DNA of 54,239 bases, from assembly GCA_030141605.1 (NCBI GenBank), contig JAQGDQ010000027.1:1024474-1078712 (forward strand), read 5' to 3'. Of the stretch, positions 22,022-36,195 are shown piece by piece; position 1 is the stretch's first letter, and every line of letters starts with the position of its first letter. The translations under genes were made by a program, and so were the position numbers. The notes below the pieces were generated by a model that was given only the letters and a program-made list of their open reading frames with translations, was not told where the DNA came from and ran no database searches. This stretch comes from Tubiluchus corallicola (Eukaryota; Animalia; Priapulida).

Positions 22022-23381
22022 GTACGTATGACCAAATTCAAAACGCCGTGACTAATTCGATAATAATAATGGCAATTTTAATGACAATGATGTTGGCAAT
22101 TGCAATGGCACTGATAACGATTTTGGCAACGATGCTGACAATAAATGTGTAAAAATGACAGATACGTTGACACTAAGAGAACATCAAAAGAATACAAGAG
22201 CAGCCCATTAAACACATCAAAGCATAAGAAAACTCTTTACTTACAAGAAGCAAAAAATATTTGTCTTGAAATTTTGTATCATCTACTTACTGTCACCTAG
22301 ATGTTAGTTGCAACGTGTATGAAACATAAAAATTTAACTTCCAATGGCCGTTAGAGGAAGCCATTAGACGAAGACCAGTAAAAGTCGTTTGAATCAATTT
22401 AGATAACAATGAGTAAAATTTGAAAAAATGATCAAGGCATTGGTAGGGCACAATTCACTAACTTAGCCAAAGTATAAGTTTCATTTTCCTTGTCATTTAA
22501 ATTTAGAGAAAAACCTGACCCAGTCTTAAACTGTGACTCAAAACGTTCTACTTTCTGTAATATTTAAAGGAATTGTTCGAAATGCATGAACTAAATCAGT
22601 CCTGCTTACTGTGCAAAGTGTTTTCTTTTTTTTCGAATGCAGCACAACAATGAATAAATTTTTGAAAAATATAATTAAAGATAATTACTGATCACCTTTT
22701 TGATAAAACATGTTTCATTATCTTGAAGTGATGTGTGTGTTTGTTTATTTCGTAGACACAGTTGAAGCTTTTTTATACTTGTTGACAATTGTCCTCACCC
22801 CCAAAATCCTATAAAGGACTAATATCACAATGAATTTTGAACAGTACCATGGTGCTTCAAATTTACCTTTCGCAAATATGTGCACCACTGTCAAAAAATT
22901 TATGTTTCTACTGCTAAAAATTATGATCAATTGTTTTATCATCACTAGTTTGACATTAAGGGTGGCTGAAAGGAGACCATTATGTCTTTCGCTGTTAAGG
23001 GTGGACTTTGTGTTACTAAATAATATATAAACGTATGAAATGAGACAAATAAATTAATCAATCAGTAAATCAATCATTCATTAGTAAAGTTTTTAAGCTA
23101 TTATGTGATTATCGGACACTTATTATAGGTGCTGAAATGTATGTTCAAAATGGGCTAGGATATGAAAAATCACCCTATTTTCCTTTAAAAACACGATTTT
23201 TGGTGAGTCAGTAGTGCACATTTTACGAGTACGTACAAGGATGTTAATTTACCAAGAGTAGTAAATTACCATTACCTGAGTCTTACAAAAAGGTAAGGGT
23301 AATGCTAAGTAATATGACTTTGCGTGGAAGTTCTTATAGACGTGTAAGCAATCGTTTAAATTCTTTATGCTTTTGTTTCAG

Positions 23382-23749
23382 GATGGCTTGAGTTTCTAAA
23401 CCGACCATTTTTGCAAGACCACAGGTTCAGCTTTTACACCAACTGGCTGTTGAAGTCACCTACAGACATTTACGTTGTTATCTACGAAAAACTAAAGTCG
23501 AATTTGACTAGAGAGTTGGAACCTGTCTTAAGCTTTCCAGGACAGAACAAATCACGTTTGCATTGTGCAGAAAAGTACCCAGGGCAACAGATAAAAAGGC
23601 CATATACAATAAACGACACGTATTTTACTCATTATTACCACATCATTCCTGGATTTCAGCAGCGAGTTAATAATTATATCAGTGAATTGTCAAAAACGTT
23701 TATGGACAATGGCCATAGACCTTTGCCTGATTCATATCTTATGGGATGA
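23382..23749 (+). CDS. Terminal exon of the WSCD-family sulfotransferase-like gene
   Basis: TTTTGTTTCAG acceptor in phase 1 joins the previous exon (A+GA = Arg). WLEF...NWL...VVIYEKLK..L...L...RLHC...KR...YI...LP..Y*. AATAAA at 23914. Confidence 0.82.
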
Positions 23750-23799
23750 TGCAAAATAATTAGTATAAGACGTCGTCTGCTCACCCTCTGTCTCCATCC

Positions 23800-23865
23800 A
23801 TCTTTTTCTCTCTCACTCGCTTCTCTCTCTCTCTCTATCTTTCCCTCTCTCCCTTTCTCTTTCTT
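23800..23865. repeat. CT-rich microsatellite in the putative 3' UTR
   Basis: Imperfect (CT)n run. Confidence 0.8.
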
Positions 23866-25019
23866 GGTGGACCTCAAATTTGTAACAAATGTGTACAAGA
23901 AAAATGTTCGTCAAATAAAAATAATCACGAAACGAAAGCAATTATGACTTCGCCTGACCACCCTGCACTCATTGGACGCAAGGATGACTAAATACCTGGT
24001 GCGACGCTAGCGATTGTAAGCGTTTACACAAAATATTTATGCAAAATATTTACACAAAACAATTGCCGTTCCAAAGAGTTGAACAACGTTACTGGTGCCT
24101 TGGTAAAGTTAATAAGTAGTCACGCTCAGTCTCTTACAAGAATTCAGCAATCAGACGATGAATCACGGAAAAATAATTCTGTGACTTATGCAGGTAAACT
24201 AATGCAAAATGCTAGAACTTCAAATGGAAATGACTCTGTAGCTCGTCCAGGAAGTAATATAGTTAAACCAATGATCCGGAGAACTGTTGAACTGTTGAAA
24301 TTCGGACAGGAAAGCGACCTAGAACAAGCTGCTTAAGTTTCAAATCACGCCAGAAACATTTTCAACTATTATAAATTATTCATATTTATCAAACTTTTTT
24401 GGTAGTTTTACCTGGTTGCTGGCAGCACCTGGCTTTTTATATAGGTGTAAAACCATTTTTTACATCGGCCACGTCACGAGGCTCAAGAAGATAGATGGCG
24501 TCAGTATTGTATTCAGTTATGCTGTTAGACGGCAAATAATGACAACCTGCAGCTGTGATGATGGCTATGCCAGTTTGCCTGCACACCTAAGCTGATATGT
24601 TTAAACTAATGGCTTAACATCTTGCAATTTGCTTTAAAAAGTCATGTGACACTTCAGCTATTAATTTTTGCAACAGTTTTCCTTTCAGTTTCTTACTGCA
24701 GCTACTTTTCTACATAAACGCTTCATGCTGCTTTTTTCTCAAAATTTTCGTTTTTCGTTTCCACACGATTCCCAAAATTTACGTTTTCCTGACGATATTC
24801 TGCTCCTTTAACTGGACCAGCTAAATAATCGCAAACTTTTGGCAAAAACAAAGAGAATCGTACTGCAGCATGTTTGACAAGATATATACGTTTTCTGACT
24901 CTTTAAACTTTTTGGTTGTGTTTGATTAGTCTTATAATTTATTTTTGTGATTTGTTACATACCTTTTGTAAAGGTCTGGATCTAGTGTCATCTCGTTAAT
25001 GGTTTACATTAATGCGCGC

Positions 25020-25766
25020 GCACAGCTGGAGGAACAGGAGCAAAAACCTCGAGAATGGCCTTTTAGCTCCATTTTTGGCGAAATTTATATCTCTTATTTC
25101 TAGAGCACGGAAACGGCCTCGAAACCGTGCTGGTAATGGATTGATAGCCCTTGGGTATTATAGGCAAATTCCTGGGTAAGCCATGTGACCGTTTAGCAGG
25201 CGTTTTTTCGGAACCCAGATTTGGAATAGCATATAATAGCTCTTTGAGAAAAAGAGAAAACAGGATATGCATCGACTGAAAAAGCCAGTGTCCTGACGTC
25301 ATTCCATGGCACTCTGCCTAGAATTTAGCCTCAATAGAAGCTGCTCCTGGCTCTTATAATGAAGAACTACAATGATAGTCCTTTATGATCAAAAGGAACA
25401 GTTTGCAAACACGCAGAATACCCTTTCATTATACTGATCATTGGTGCTATTACTGATCTAATAGCATTTGCCATGTCAAAGAGTTAGAGTTCAACCTTCG
25501 CAATACTGCTGTGCTGCCCGTGATGGTATTGTAGGCGTCACCGTCATAATCGTTATAACCAAAATCACCGTCGTCGTCATCATAATTATGACATTGGTTT
25601 GGTGTGGTGGGTTCAGCATGGTGCTGCAGACATTGTGTAGGTGGTATGGTGCGGGTGGTGTGATGTGGATGATGTATTGGGCATATGTGGTGTGAGTGGT
25701 GTGACGCAGTGTAATGTTGTGTCTTTGTGGTTTTATATGCAGGGTAGTTTTGCAGGGTTTGGCTAG
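25020..25766 (+). mobile_element. Non-autonomous Helitron-like element copy
   Basis: Similar to 39830-40030 and to the CAT/GTG-rich tail of the 39-43 kb copies. Ends TTTGCAGGGTTTGGCTAG|T, like TTTGCGGGGTTTCGCTAG|T at 39651. Confidence 0.6.
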
Positions 25767-26599
25767 TAACTGTAATTGTGATTATTGCATTGTAGCTTGT
25801 CCACACTGCTTAAAACTTTACGAATTTTTGCCTGTGTTTCTCTTTGACCTGATAATGTCCATTTTGTGAATGCTACGATTATCTTATTTAATTACTTTGA
25901 TTTGCGCATGTTAATTGTTTAAAGATGGGATAATAATCTTTTCTGTTGGGATGATTTTGCGAATGACTAATGACTGACTTAATAAAGCTGAAATTATTCC
26001 TTATAAATATTGTATAAAAAGTTTCTTATTTTTTAAATTTGCTCAAAATGAATTATACCATTCAGACAAACCCATCTGAACCATTTTAAACCTCATATTT
26101 TCCAACTGTGTAATTAGTGGCGCCACCGCCCTCTCTTGAAAGTGACTGGTACTCTTTGGTGACAGGCTTGGGGTTTTAATGAGTACATAGTTATTTTCTG
26201 TTTTGCTCGACAATGAACCGAATTGATGAGAATCAATCGAGAACTGAATGCACTGGGAAACTAGCCTGTACATCCAGAACGTTACAACGTTCTTCTAAGA
26301 CAACTGCATGGTTACCTAAAGCTTTAGTATAATTTTATTAACTAGACTTAATTAAAGCAGAAGCAAATGTGAAGTACATGATTTTGTAATTTAACAAACA
26401 ACTGGTTCATTAATTGCCACTGGATTCTGCTTGCGTGTAGTTTATGGCAGTTCTACAAGGCAATACTTTTCATTACATACTTAAAATAAGACATCGTGTG
26501 AGACCAAAGAGCTGTACCTCTTAGTTTCAAAGATCGGGAATGGGCCGAAAGTTGCTGCTGGCAATGGTTGGAGAGTCCTTTCAATGGTTGGTGTAGATG

Positions 26600-27230
26600 G
26601 CATATTAAAATCTGCGGGTAGGTCACAATGTCCCGCAACGGAATTTTTTCTGACACAAATTTTGCGAAAAACTGCAGAAACAGATTCCAGGTAAACTCAA
26701 TTTGTCATCTGTTTGGGCATGTTGGGGAAAAAACAAGTGCATGCCCGGAAAGAGTGCGAGAAATTATATCAGATGTGGAGGCATCATTGAGAGCGAGGTC
26801 CACTAGAGGAAACTGAAGGGTGGCATTTCAACACCCCTGTGTTGCACGCTATTTGTAACATCCATTGTCTTTGAGTTTCATCAATTTTGAGGCTATTACA
26901 GGAATTGTCGTCATCCAACATTGCACTATCATTTGTACATGTAAATTATATCTGTTTGCATATAACCAAAAGAGAACCATTAAGCAAAACCATGTAGAAT
27001 GTCTGTGCATTATTGATCATTGATGGGCAGTCTAAAGCACTTATTGCGGCATACAGCTTCAACCTCGTACAAATTGTTTTGCGTGGTCTCACAATGATAC
27101 TCTGCTGTTGGTGTTTGTGTTGTAGATGTCATATCATCATCGTCATTTACACTGTAATCACCATGTGATGTTGTCGATTTTATGTGGCTTGGTGTAATGT
27201 GATCTGGCTGGTGTAATGTGATCGTAATGT
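26600..27230 (+). mobile_element. Diverged copy of the same Helitron-like family
   Basis: CTGTGTTGCACGCTATTTGTAACATCCATTGTCTTTGAGT near 26836 matches segments near 40215 and 42797. Confidence 0.6.
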
Positions 27231-30200
27231 AGAGCACTTTAAATTCCTCAACTCTTATCTAAACAGCTATTATCATTAAACAGCGTCTCGTTTATTATCA
27301 TAGCAAAAGAAAATGGTTTTAACCATATTTTTGCAGAAATTCATTATATACGCAGGCTTTGAAATTCAAGTGTGTAAATACTCTGCTATGTTTTCTTAAA
27401 TCTTTCCAAGGTATGGAATTCAAGCTTTGAAGTTTAAGTGTGTAATTGTTCTGCTTTATTTTCTTAAATCTTTCCCAAGTGCATAAAGCAGTCTTTGAAA
27501 ACTTTCTGCTTTATTTTCTTAACTCTTTCGGTGGAGTCTTTCTTTAGGCTCCTAGGCTCCAAGATATTTTTAAGTAAATTTCAGAAATTTTTCACATCCC
27601 TACACAAACAAAACAAATTCTAAGACGAATATTTATGGGCCTCGGATTTGAAAGCTCTTTCTTTTCACAGGGGTAGCAGTTCTTGAGTGGTTGATTTGCT
27701 TAAGAATGTAATAACATGGAAAAATATTTTTGTTCACTGCTAGTTTACAGGAAACTATTAATCCTTTTAAAACAATGGCAGATAGAATTTGAAATGACGC
27801 TGAGAAGTCTTTCCCTGGCGTCATTCCCATGTGTTCAGCTGAGGTTAATTTACACAAGATGTTAAAATGTGGGAAAATATTTTTCTTTGCTTCAGAACCA
27901 CTCTCTGCAATTATCCCAGCTCAAAATCAACAACAGAACTTGAACCTTAGAATTCCACATATAAAGAGCCTTTTGTTCAGGTGGCTGAGCACTTAAAACT
28001 TTCTCTATCTTATAAAGAGCCTTTGTTCAGGTGTCTTTCTCCGTCTTATCCAAACAGCAATTATTGTTGCGCAGTCTCTACCTTTATTATCACAAGAAAA
28101 GCTTTTAGCTTAATATTTGCCATACAAACAGTTTGAAAAGCTTTCAAATCTAAAAACACATTCCTTTCAATCTTAACAAAACATGTTTCCTAGTGCGATA
28201 TATTATGACAAGCATTACTTCCAACAAAAATAATAGAACACACCTGCACTTTGATAACAAAGCTTTATTTCCAGCTCTCAAACGAAACTGCTTTTGATCT
28301 TCTGTCGCTAAATGACAATAATGGAGAAGTTGGGAGGTTTACATGATAAGTAGCATGAGAGGAAGTAATGCACTACAGATACTCGCAACTAAATGGATGG
28401 GTGGCTGCTGTGACAACTTCGTCTATTGTGTTATTTTTTACAGTACATAGAAACATGGAAACAGAGTATATGGCAGTTCTACCAGATCAGGTTTCTATGA
28501 AAATGTCTGCAAAATTTTATTCCCATCATTGGGGTTTTCTGTAATACCTTTGTACCAAAACAGCGAGCATTAGCATGAAAACAGACGTTTCTCCGCATTC
28601 ATTTTTGGCTAGTGCACATGGATGGAGAATATATTTTACTAAAACATAGAGAGATGGGGCCCTAGACTTGTGGATAGCCGTGTGGGCTATAATTACCACT
28701 TTCATACGAAAAGTCTTAATCTTAGTCTAGAAGTTTTTAAACAGAGTCGAACAGTTTTACTTCTTTGTGTTAAACTCAGGAAAATGTTTTCACATATTTC
28801 AGAAATCTTAAGTAAACTAGTTGCGCCCTGTTTAAATACTGGAAAGAATGGGTTAAAAGACAGACGATATTATCAATAGACGGGAGAAGCTTTTTTGTTT
28901 AATTAAGCTGACAACTTGGAACTACCAGTGAAAGAGTAAGAAGAGATGGAAAGCAAATACAGACAAGAATTTCTATAGAATACAAAAGCTTTTTTGTTTG
29001 GTTAAGCTGGAACTCCCAGGGGAAGAGTTAACAAAAGATGGAAATCAAAACACAAAAATGTCAATAGAATGCAGAAGCATTTTTGTTTGGTTAAGCTGCC
29101 TAAATGGAACTCCCATAGGAAGAGTTAACAAAAGATGGAATGCAAATACTTTGCTGCAGTTAAGAAAGACATATAATAATCACCAATGATTTGGAGTAGG
29201 ACTACGTTTCCCATGCAAAATATTGAAAATTAGAGCCTATTGTTCAGGTGGCTGAGCACTTAAAACTTTCACCATCTTACAAAGAGCCTTTTGTTCATGT
29301 GGCTGAGCACTTAAAACTTTCACCATCTTACAAAGAGGCTTTTGTTCAGGTGGCTGAGCACTTAAAACATTCTCAATCTTATCCAAACAGCAATCATTGT
29401 TAGGCGGTCTCTCCCTTTATTATCATAATAAGAAAAGCCAGTTTTGAGCCCTGTGTTTGCAGTACTAGCTTTCAAATCTAAAAACACATTATTATCCTTT
29501 CAAATTTAACAAAACATCTTACTGCATGTTTCCCAGGGATATATATTATTACAAGCATTACTTCCAACAAAAATAATAGAACACACCTGTGCTTTGATAA
29601 CGAAGATTTAATTCCAGCTCTCAATCGAAACTGCTTTTGAGCTTCTGTCGCTAACTGACAATAATTGAAAAGTTGAGAGGTTTACTTGAAAAGCAGCAAG
29701 GGAGGAAGTTAAATGGATGGGTGGCTGCTGTGACAAGTTCATGTATTATGTTATTTTTTACAGAACATAGAAATATACAAACAGTTATACCAACTCAGGT
29801 TTCTATGAAAATGTCTGCAAAATTTATTCCCATCATTGGGGTTTTCAGTAATACCTTTGTACCAAAACAGGAACATTAGGATGAAAACGGACATTTCCCT
29901 GCATTCATTTTTGGCTAGTGTACATGGATAGAGAAAATATTTTACCAAAACATGTGGGTCTGTGTGGAACACAGCAAGGATAAACTGCTCTCTCGCACAT
30001 GCTGGAGCAGTGTGTGTAGTAATGCATGCATGGAAGCAACACGAGAGCATATAGGTAAGAGTGATTGACAGCGCAGGAGTGCAGCACGCATGTCTAGTAA
30101 TGGCGGATGCTCCAATTGGCTGAATAGTTTCGGGTAATGTCTGTCAGCCATCTAGTGTACAAAATCACAAATAAAGAAACAGGTACAATATGTTACTATA

Positions 30201-31130
30201 GAAAATTCTTTGCAAGGGAACAACTGAATCAGAACTGGTACACAGCCAATTTTTTATGATTTATGACTCAACAAATTGTTACTTTAGTGACTTTTATGCA
30301 CTATAGAAATTGGAAAAAAATGTTAATACTATGTTAAAAAATTGTAGAATGCAAACTGCCATTAAGTTGTTACAGTGTGGCTTTATACCTGGGTTAAACT
30401 TAATTAAGAATATATAAAACAAAACCGTACTCTTGATGCACTCAAAACCAATATTAACAAGATGGTGCGATAATCCTGAAATAAATCTATTCTATAAAGT
30501 ATAATCCTGAAACAAATTTATTCTATAAAGTACAAAAATCGCACTACAAGAACAAAATTGTAACTGCACAAAATTTAGCGAAAAAATAACATTTAACAAA
30601 TTGGGTACGTAAATTTGTAGAGAAAAATGATTCTAGATAGATTTAGTATAACTTATTTTAACTCAAAACTAAAATGCAATCTTTGAAGTAATGTCCTAAT
30701 AGTGAAGGTTTCTCCTCATGTTACCGATTAGGAAATGTCACGTTTTGATAAGATTAAAAAGGACTCCAATAACTGAATTTAAGTTTTCAGATTTCAAAGC
30801 ATTTTAGAGTAGAATAAACAGTTTCTGTACCCCTACCATCACAATATAGACGAAGCTGCATAATAATAGGTGTTTGAAAAACACAGACAATTTTGTGTGT
30901 TCAATCACATGACCAAACATGGGTTCATATGAAAGGGTAATTCTCTAAAGTGATTTGTTTGCTAAAGACAGAAATTGCCCCTCAGACATCAATCTCTTTA
31001 ATTATCAATAATCAGTGAAAATAGATTATTTTTGTCTGCTCTTTAGTATGAATAGTCATTCTAGTTGTGACCCAAGAAAAAATTCTTGTTATGACCCAAG
31101 GACAAATTCGTCTGCATTCTTGTACAAAGC
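27231..31130 (+). repeat. Cluster of a modular composite repeat family
   Basis: Blocks repeat internally (27960-28650 resembles 29230-29960) and match 35000-35830 directly and 49140-50620 in reverse complement. Confidence 0.85.
29232..29385 (+). repeat. 3 x ~50-bp tandem repeat
   Basis: AGAGCCTTTTGTTCAGGTGGCTGAGCACTTAAAACTTTCACCATCTTACAA-like unit three times; about two copies also at 27963-28050. Confidence 0.9.
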
Positions 31131-31640
31131 AAATAGTTACATGTGAAAATACTAAAGGAAGAGCAGCCGAGAGAATACAAAACTATTGACAAAGTTTTCA
31201 CCGTGTGATTTATTGCTTTAAATTTCTCGTTGGGCTACTCCTATTTTTACTGCTTTTAGCTGAAATTAAACTCATTCGAAAATTGACGAAAAGCCGAGTA
31301 ATTTGAAATGATAACTGACAATTATCGGCATAAGGAAGCCTTCCCGATCGCAATTAGCATCAGCATTGGTTTTTATCCCAGGGCAGACTTTATAAAAAAA
31401 ACTTTTACAGAACTTGCTAAATAAAACCCTGGTTGTGTCCTTAATCTTCTTTAAGCCCCCCAAAACACCTGTGTCATGGGTCACTGACCCCCACGCCCCT
31501 CTCTCATCAGACCTTGATCTTAGTAATACCTTAGTGCCAAAACAGTAAACATTGACATGAAAAGTGCTCCTGAAATAGCTAATGTGATGGAGATATGAAA
31601 ATAAAACAATACCAAATGGCAATGTTGGATCATGGTGTTC

Positions 31641-31725
<85 letters not shown>

Positions 31726-31727
31726 AA

Positions 31728-31802
<75 letters not shown>
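31641..31802. repeat. (CA)n microsatellite with AAAC interruptions
   Basis: Direct reading. Confidence 0.98.
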
Positions 31803-31808
<6 letters not shown>

Positions 31809-32284
31809 GTTCACTTAAATTTAACACACAGATCAATAATGCATATGTGACACTTCAACGATGAGTACGTTGGATGGCACAGCAATGTTACAGTGTTCAT
31901 CTTCACTTGCTCAATCTTGTAAACTTTCATCTTCAAAAATTTTTAACTTTAATCACTTATTTTAAACAGCTCAAGTTCCTGCCACACAGAATGTCCTCAA
32001 ACTACGAAATTTCTTTAGCAAATCGTTTCAAAAATGACTTTACATAGCTGCTGGCTGCAATTAATTTTGATGTTTGGACCACTTCTTGTTTGGTAAGGTA
32101 AACATATGGTGCTGCCAGAAAGAAAAACACTGCTATGTTATCTCAAAAATTTTGACTATATAAAAGACCTAGCAGATAATTAATTACACTGAAAAATACG
32201 AACTCTACTTATTAAATTTCTATACTCTACTATTAGCCTTTTCCTGTTTTACAAAAACACCAGCCATAGCCATTTAAACAGTGA

Positions 32285-32844
32285 TAGAGTTACGGTTAGT
32301 TCGTTAGAGTTTTTTTGGAATCCGGCCCCGGGTCGTCAATCCAGTGGCATTTTCTTCAATTTTTTGCAGAACTGCATAAAGTCTGCTAAACGTTTTGCTA
32401 ATTGATTGTATTTGTAATTGTGTATTTACATATATCTTTGAATTGTATATATGTTTTGTAAACAGAAATGTGTTTGTTTCACACAGTGGAAATACCCCAA
32501 ACAGTAAATTCACTGTGTGTGCTTGCATTGAAAATTTCCCCACAAGTCGGCAATGAAGCTTTTCCAGCTATTCACATATTCTGAATTTCCATTCCATGAG
32601 GATCATTTTGATACCAAGCTTGTAGCTCTATGCTATTCCTAAGCTGAGATAATCCATGTTGAAGTTGAGATGTAGGCTAAAAATGGTGCAAGCTAATTAC
32701 TCATCTAAAACAGTTATTTTGAAAATAATTCTGTTAAAGTCAGCCATAGTTTTTTGTTGCGTCTCTACAAAACACTTAGCATCCACGCGAAATTGTGATT
32801 GCTATGGATTTTACAAGAGCAAATAGAAGCTACGTTTAACTCTA
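32285..32844. mobile_element. Possible MITE with TAGAGTTA...TAACTCTA termini
   Basis: 8-bp exact inverted ends with weak extension; no clean target duplication. Confidence 0.3.
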
Positions 32845-33099
32845 GTATCAAGCCCTTCCTAAAGAATATGTGGCTTTGTCAACAAAAAAAAATTGTAGCA
32901 AAATTGTTTCTTCTTTGAAATAACACATGTTTTAATAATATTTTATCGTTTCAGACAAATTTTAAAATGATGAAAAATAATTTTCTTTACGTCAGAATGT
33001 GCAGGAATCTCATTCATCAATTTTAAACTCAATTTTAAAATGTGAAATATATTTAGGAATAAAAATAGCTTTAGCGCTGATTTATTTTCAATAACATTT

Positions 33100-36005
33100 A
33101 TTGAATGAGCAATTCAATTTTTCTATAAGCTTTTCCTTGGCATATTTTCCTGGCCAGGTGTTCAAGTTTCTTTAATTTGAATAAGAATCTTAAGTGTCGG
33201 AAAATATTTTTCTTTGCTTCACAATACACGAGTCAATTCATCCATCCATGCTTAAAATCAATAACAGAATTTGAATTCATTCAAATGACAAAGCACTTCT
33301 TTAAAACTTGCTCCGTCTAAACAACAGTCATTATTACGCAGTACCACCCTTTTAGTATCATAAGAACAAAAACGAGTTCTTCTCTCTGTGTTTGCTTTAT
33401 AAATATATTGAAAGTTGTCTTTTCAATTAAAACAAAATATCAGATTCCCTGTCTCCCAGTGGGATATTTTATGACAAGCATTAACATCCAACAAAAATAA
33501 TAGCACACCTATTTATTCCCAGTGCACTCAGACAGAACTATTTTTGAAAGTTAAGGATTAGCTTGAGAGGTGGTGTGAAGAGTATCTAGCAATAAAAGCT
33601 ATGCACTACAGGACCTTACAACTAAATGGATGGGTGGCTGCTCCAAAAATGCTTATCTCTCATATTACATGGTTTCTCAATGATAGAGGAAATTCAGTAT
33701 AACACCTGTTCCTTTGTCCTTGAAAATTGTCTGCAAAAATAATTGTCGCCAAAAGTAATTGGAGGTTTTAGAACACAACTAACAGTGATCATTTGAACTA
33801 ATATAAAGTTCTTGAAATACTGAAAGTGACAGACTAATCTTATTGAAAGAAAACACTAACTTCTATTACGTCTTATAAACAATGCTATTGGATGTCTATA
33901 TTGGGTCAACGTATCTTTTATTGTCATGCTATGCTCTATCAAAAGATGGTATTGCCATCTAAACCTGCACTTTTATTTATGCATATTATTGTAATGTGTA
34001 GTATAATATTATCATGACTTTGGATTGCCTTGACCAAGACAAAATTCAGTGGCATACAGCAGTCTAAGGGCCTATTTCGTTGTTCAAAAGTGCAGACTAC
34101 ATTCCAACATTTTCACTTTAAAATGTTATTCATTGTTTGTTTCTGGTATTATTATCATTGTCATTTTCAAAGTGATTTTGTTGCTGTTATCATTATCGCT
34201 ATTATTACTATTATTATTAATTTCTTGACATTTATATTTGGCTATTGTAAATGGAAGGTGAAAAAGTTTTGCCCAAACAGACAGCATGTGTTGAGCGTGG
34301 CAGAGACGTTGAGTGAGTGTGGCAGAGGAGCAGTGAGTGTAGCGATGCGAGCATGGAAGCAACGATGCACATGACACCTCATCGGTAAGAGTGATTGACA
34401 GCATGCGTGTCTAGCAATGGCAGATGCTCCAATTGGCTGAATAGCTTAGGGTAATACCACTGAGCCATCTACTGTACAAAATTTCAACTAATGTAACAGC
34501 TACAATATAACGTAATCGCTGCTTAGTGAGAGCAGTTTTTCCTGCCCTCTCATTGTTCATTTTTTACTGTCAATAACCACCATGTAACAAAAAATGCCTG
34601 AACATATGTAAGAAAGTTATGTCACAAATTTGAGTACATGGATTATATCTACAACATTGTCACACTTAGAATGACCTTGTTTTTGTTTTACAATAATAAC
34701 AACAGCAGCAGCAACATCAAAAGCAGCAATGACAATGACAATAACAGCCACAATAGCAGCAACTCTGTACAACAAAAACGGTGCAGATAAAAATGGCACG
34801 GGAAAATTGGCACATAATGTTACATGGATGCAGTTGATTTCTATTATAAAACTAGAATGCGCTCATAGGAAACAGATCTCTGCCAGAGCTGGACAATTCT
34901 AAACTAACACAAAGATAAGCAAGCAAACATACAAAAATGTGTCTGTATTAGTATGATACAGGTTAGCAAAATATTTGTTTGCTAAGAAGTTCTGACGAAT
35001 ATTTATGGGCCTAGGATTTGAAAGCTCTTTCTTTTCTCAGGGGTAGCAGTTCTTGAGTGGCTAATTTGCTCAGGAATGTAATAACATGGAAAAATATTTT
35101 TGTTCAATGTAAGTTTACAGGAAACTATTAATCCTTTTAAAACAATGGCAGACAGGATTTGAAATGATGCTGATATAATTTACACAAACTTATCCCACCC
35201 CCAGCATTTTCAGTAATATCAGGTTAACACAGTTTCATAAGTTACAGTATCAGCAGATTTGGCAAAATGTAAATTTTTCATTGGAAAACCAAAAATGTTC
35301 CAAAATCCTTCTCAGTTATAGGGCATTCGGTTCATTCAATTTTTCTTACTTAACTATTCCCTGTGATCATTCCCAGGTGTTCAGGTGAGGGTAAATTGCA
35401 CAAGATGTTAAAATGTGGGAAAATATTTTATTTACTTCCGAGCCACTTCCAGCAGTTTAACAATGCTCAAAATCAATAAGAGAACTTGAATAAAACAGAA
35501 TGTAAAGACTAAAGAGTCTTTTGTTAACGTTCCTGAGCACTTAAAGTTTTCTTCATTTTAGCCAAACAGCAATTATTATTAAGCTGTCTCGCCCTTTATT
35601 ATCACAAGAAAAGCTTTTACCCCAATGTTTGCTATACAAACACTTTGAAAAGCTTTTACCACAATGTTTGCTATACAAACACTTTGAAAAGCTTTCAAAT
35701 CTAAAAAGACATTCCTTTCAATCTTAACAAAACATCTTATTGCATGTCTCCCAGGGCGCTATATTATTACAAGCATAAACTTCCAACAAAAATAATAGAA
35801 CACACCTGTGCTTTGTTAACAAAGCTCTATTCCCAGTGTTTTGTTGTTGTTATCATGGCTAGTGTACATGGCTGGTGCAAATGTTTTACCTAAACATGTG
35901 GGTCTATGTAGTACACGGTAGAGACGAGGTGCACTCTCACACATGCTAGAGCAGTGAATGTAGCAATGCATGCATGGAAGCAACGTCGCACATGATAGCT
36001 CATGG
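33100..36005 (+). repeat. Further copies of the modular composite repeat
   Basis: 33190-33700 resembles 27870-28420. 35000-35830 is a close inverted match of 49430-50220. Confidence 0.8.
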
Positions 36006-36056
36006 GCAAATTAATTGTATTATAACTGTGCGTGTGTTGCAAGATAAATAAAAAGC

Positions 36057-36195
<139 letters not shown>

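Noticed and set aside
24079-24336. 85-aa ORF downstream of the WSCD-like gene
   Set aside because: Non-ATG start, no recognisable motif and no clear splice signals.
31272-31864. CV- and HT-repeat ORFs
   Set aside because: Products of the (CA)n microsatellite.
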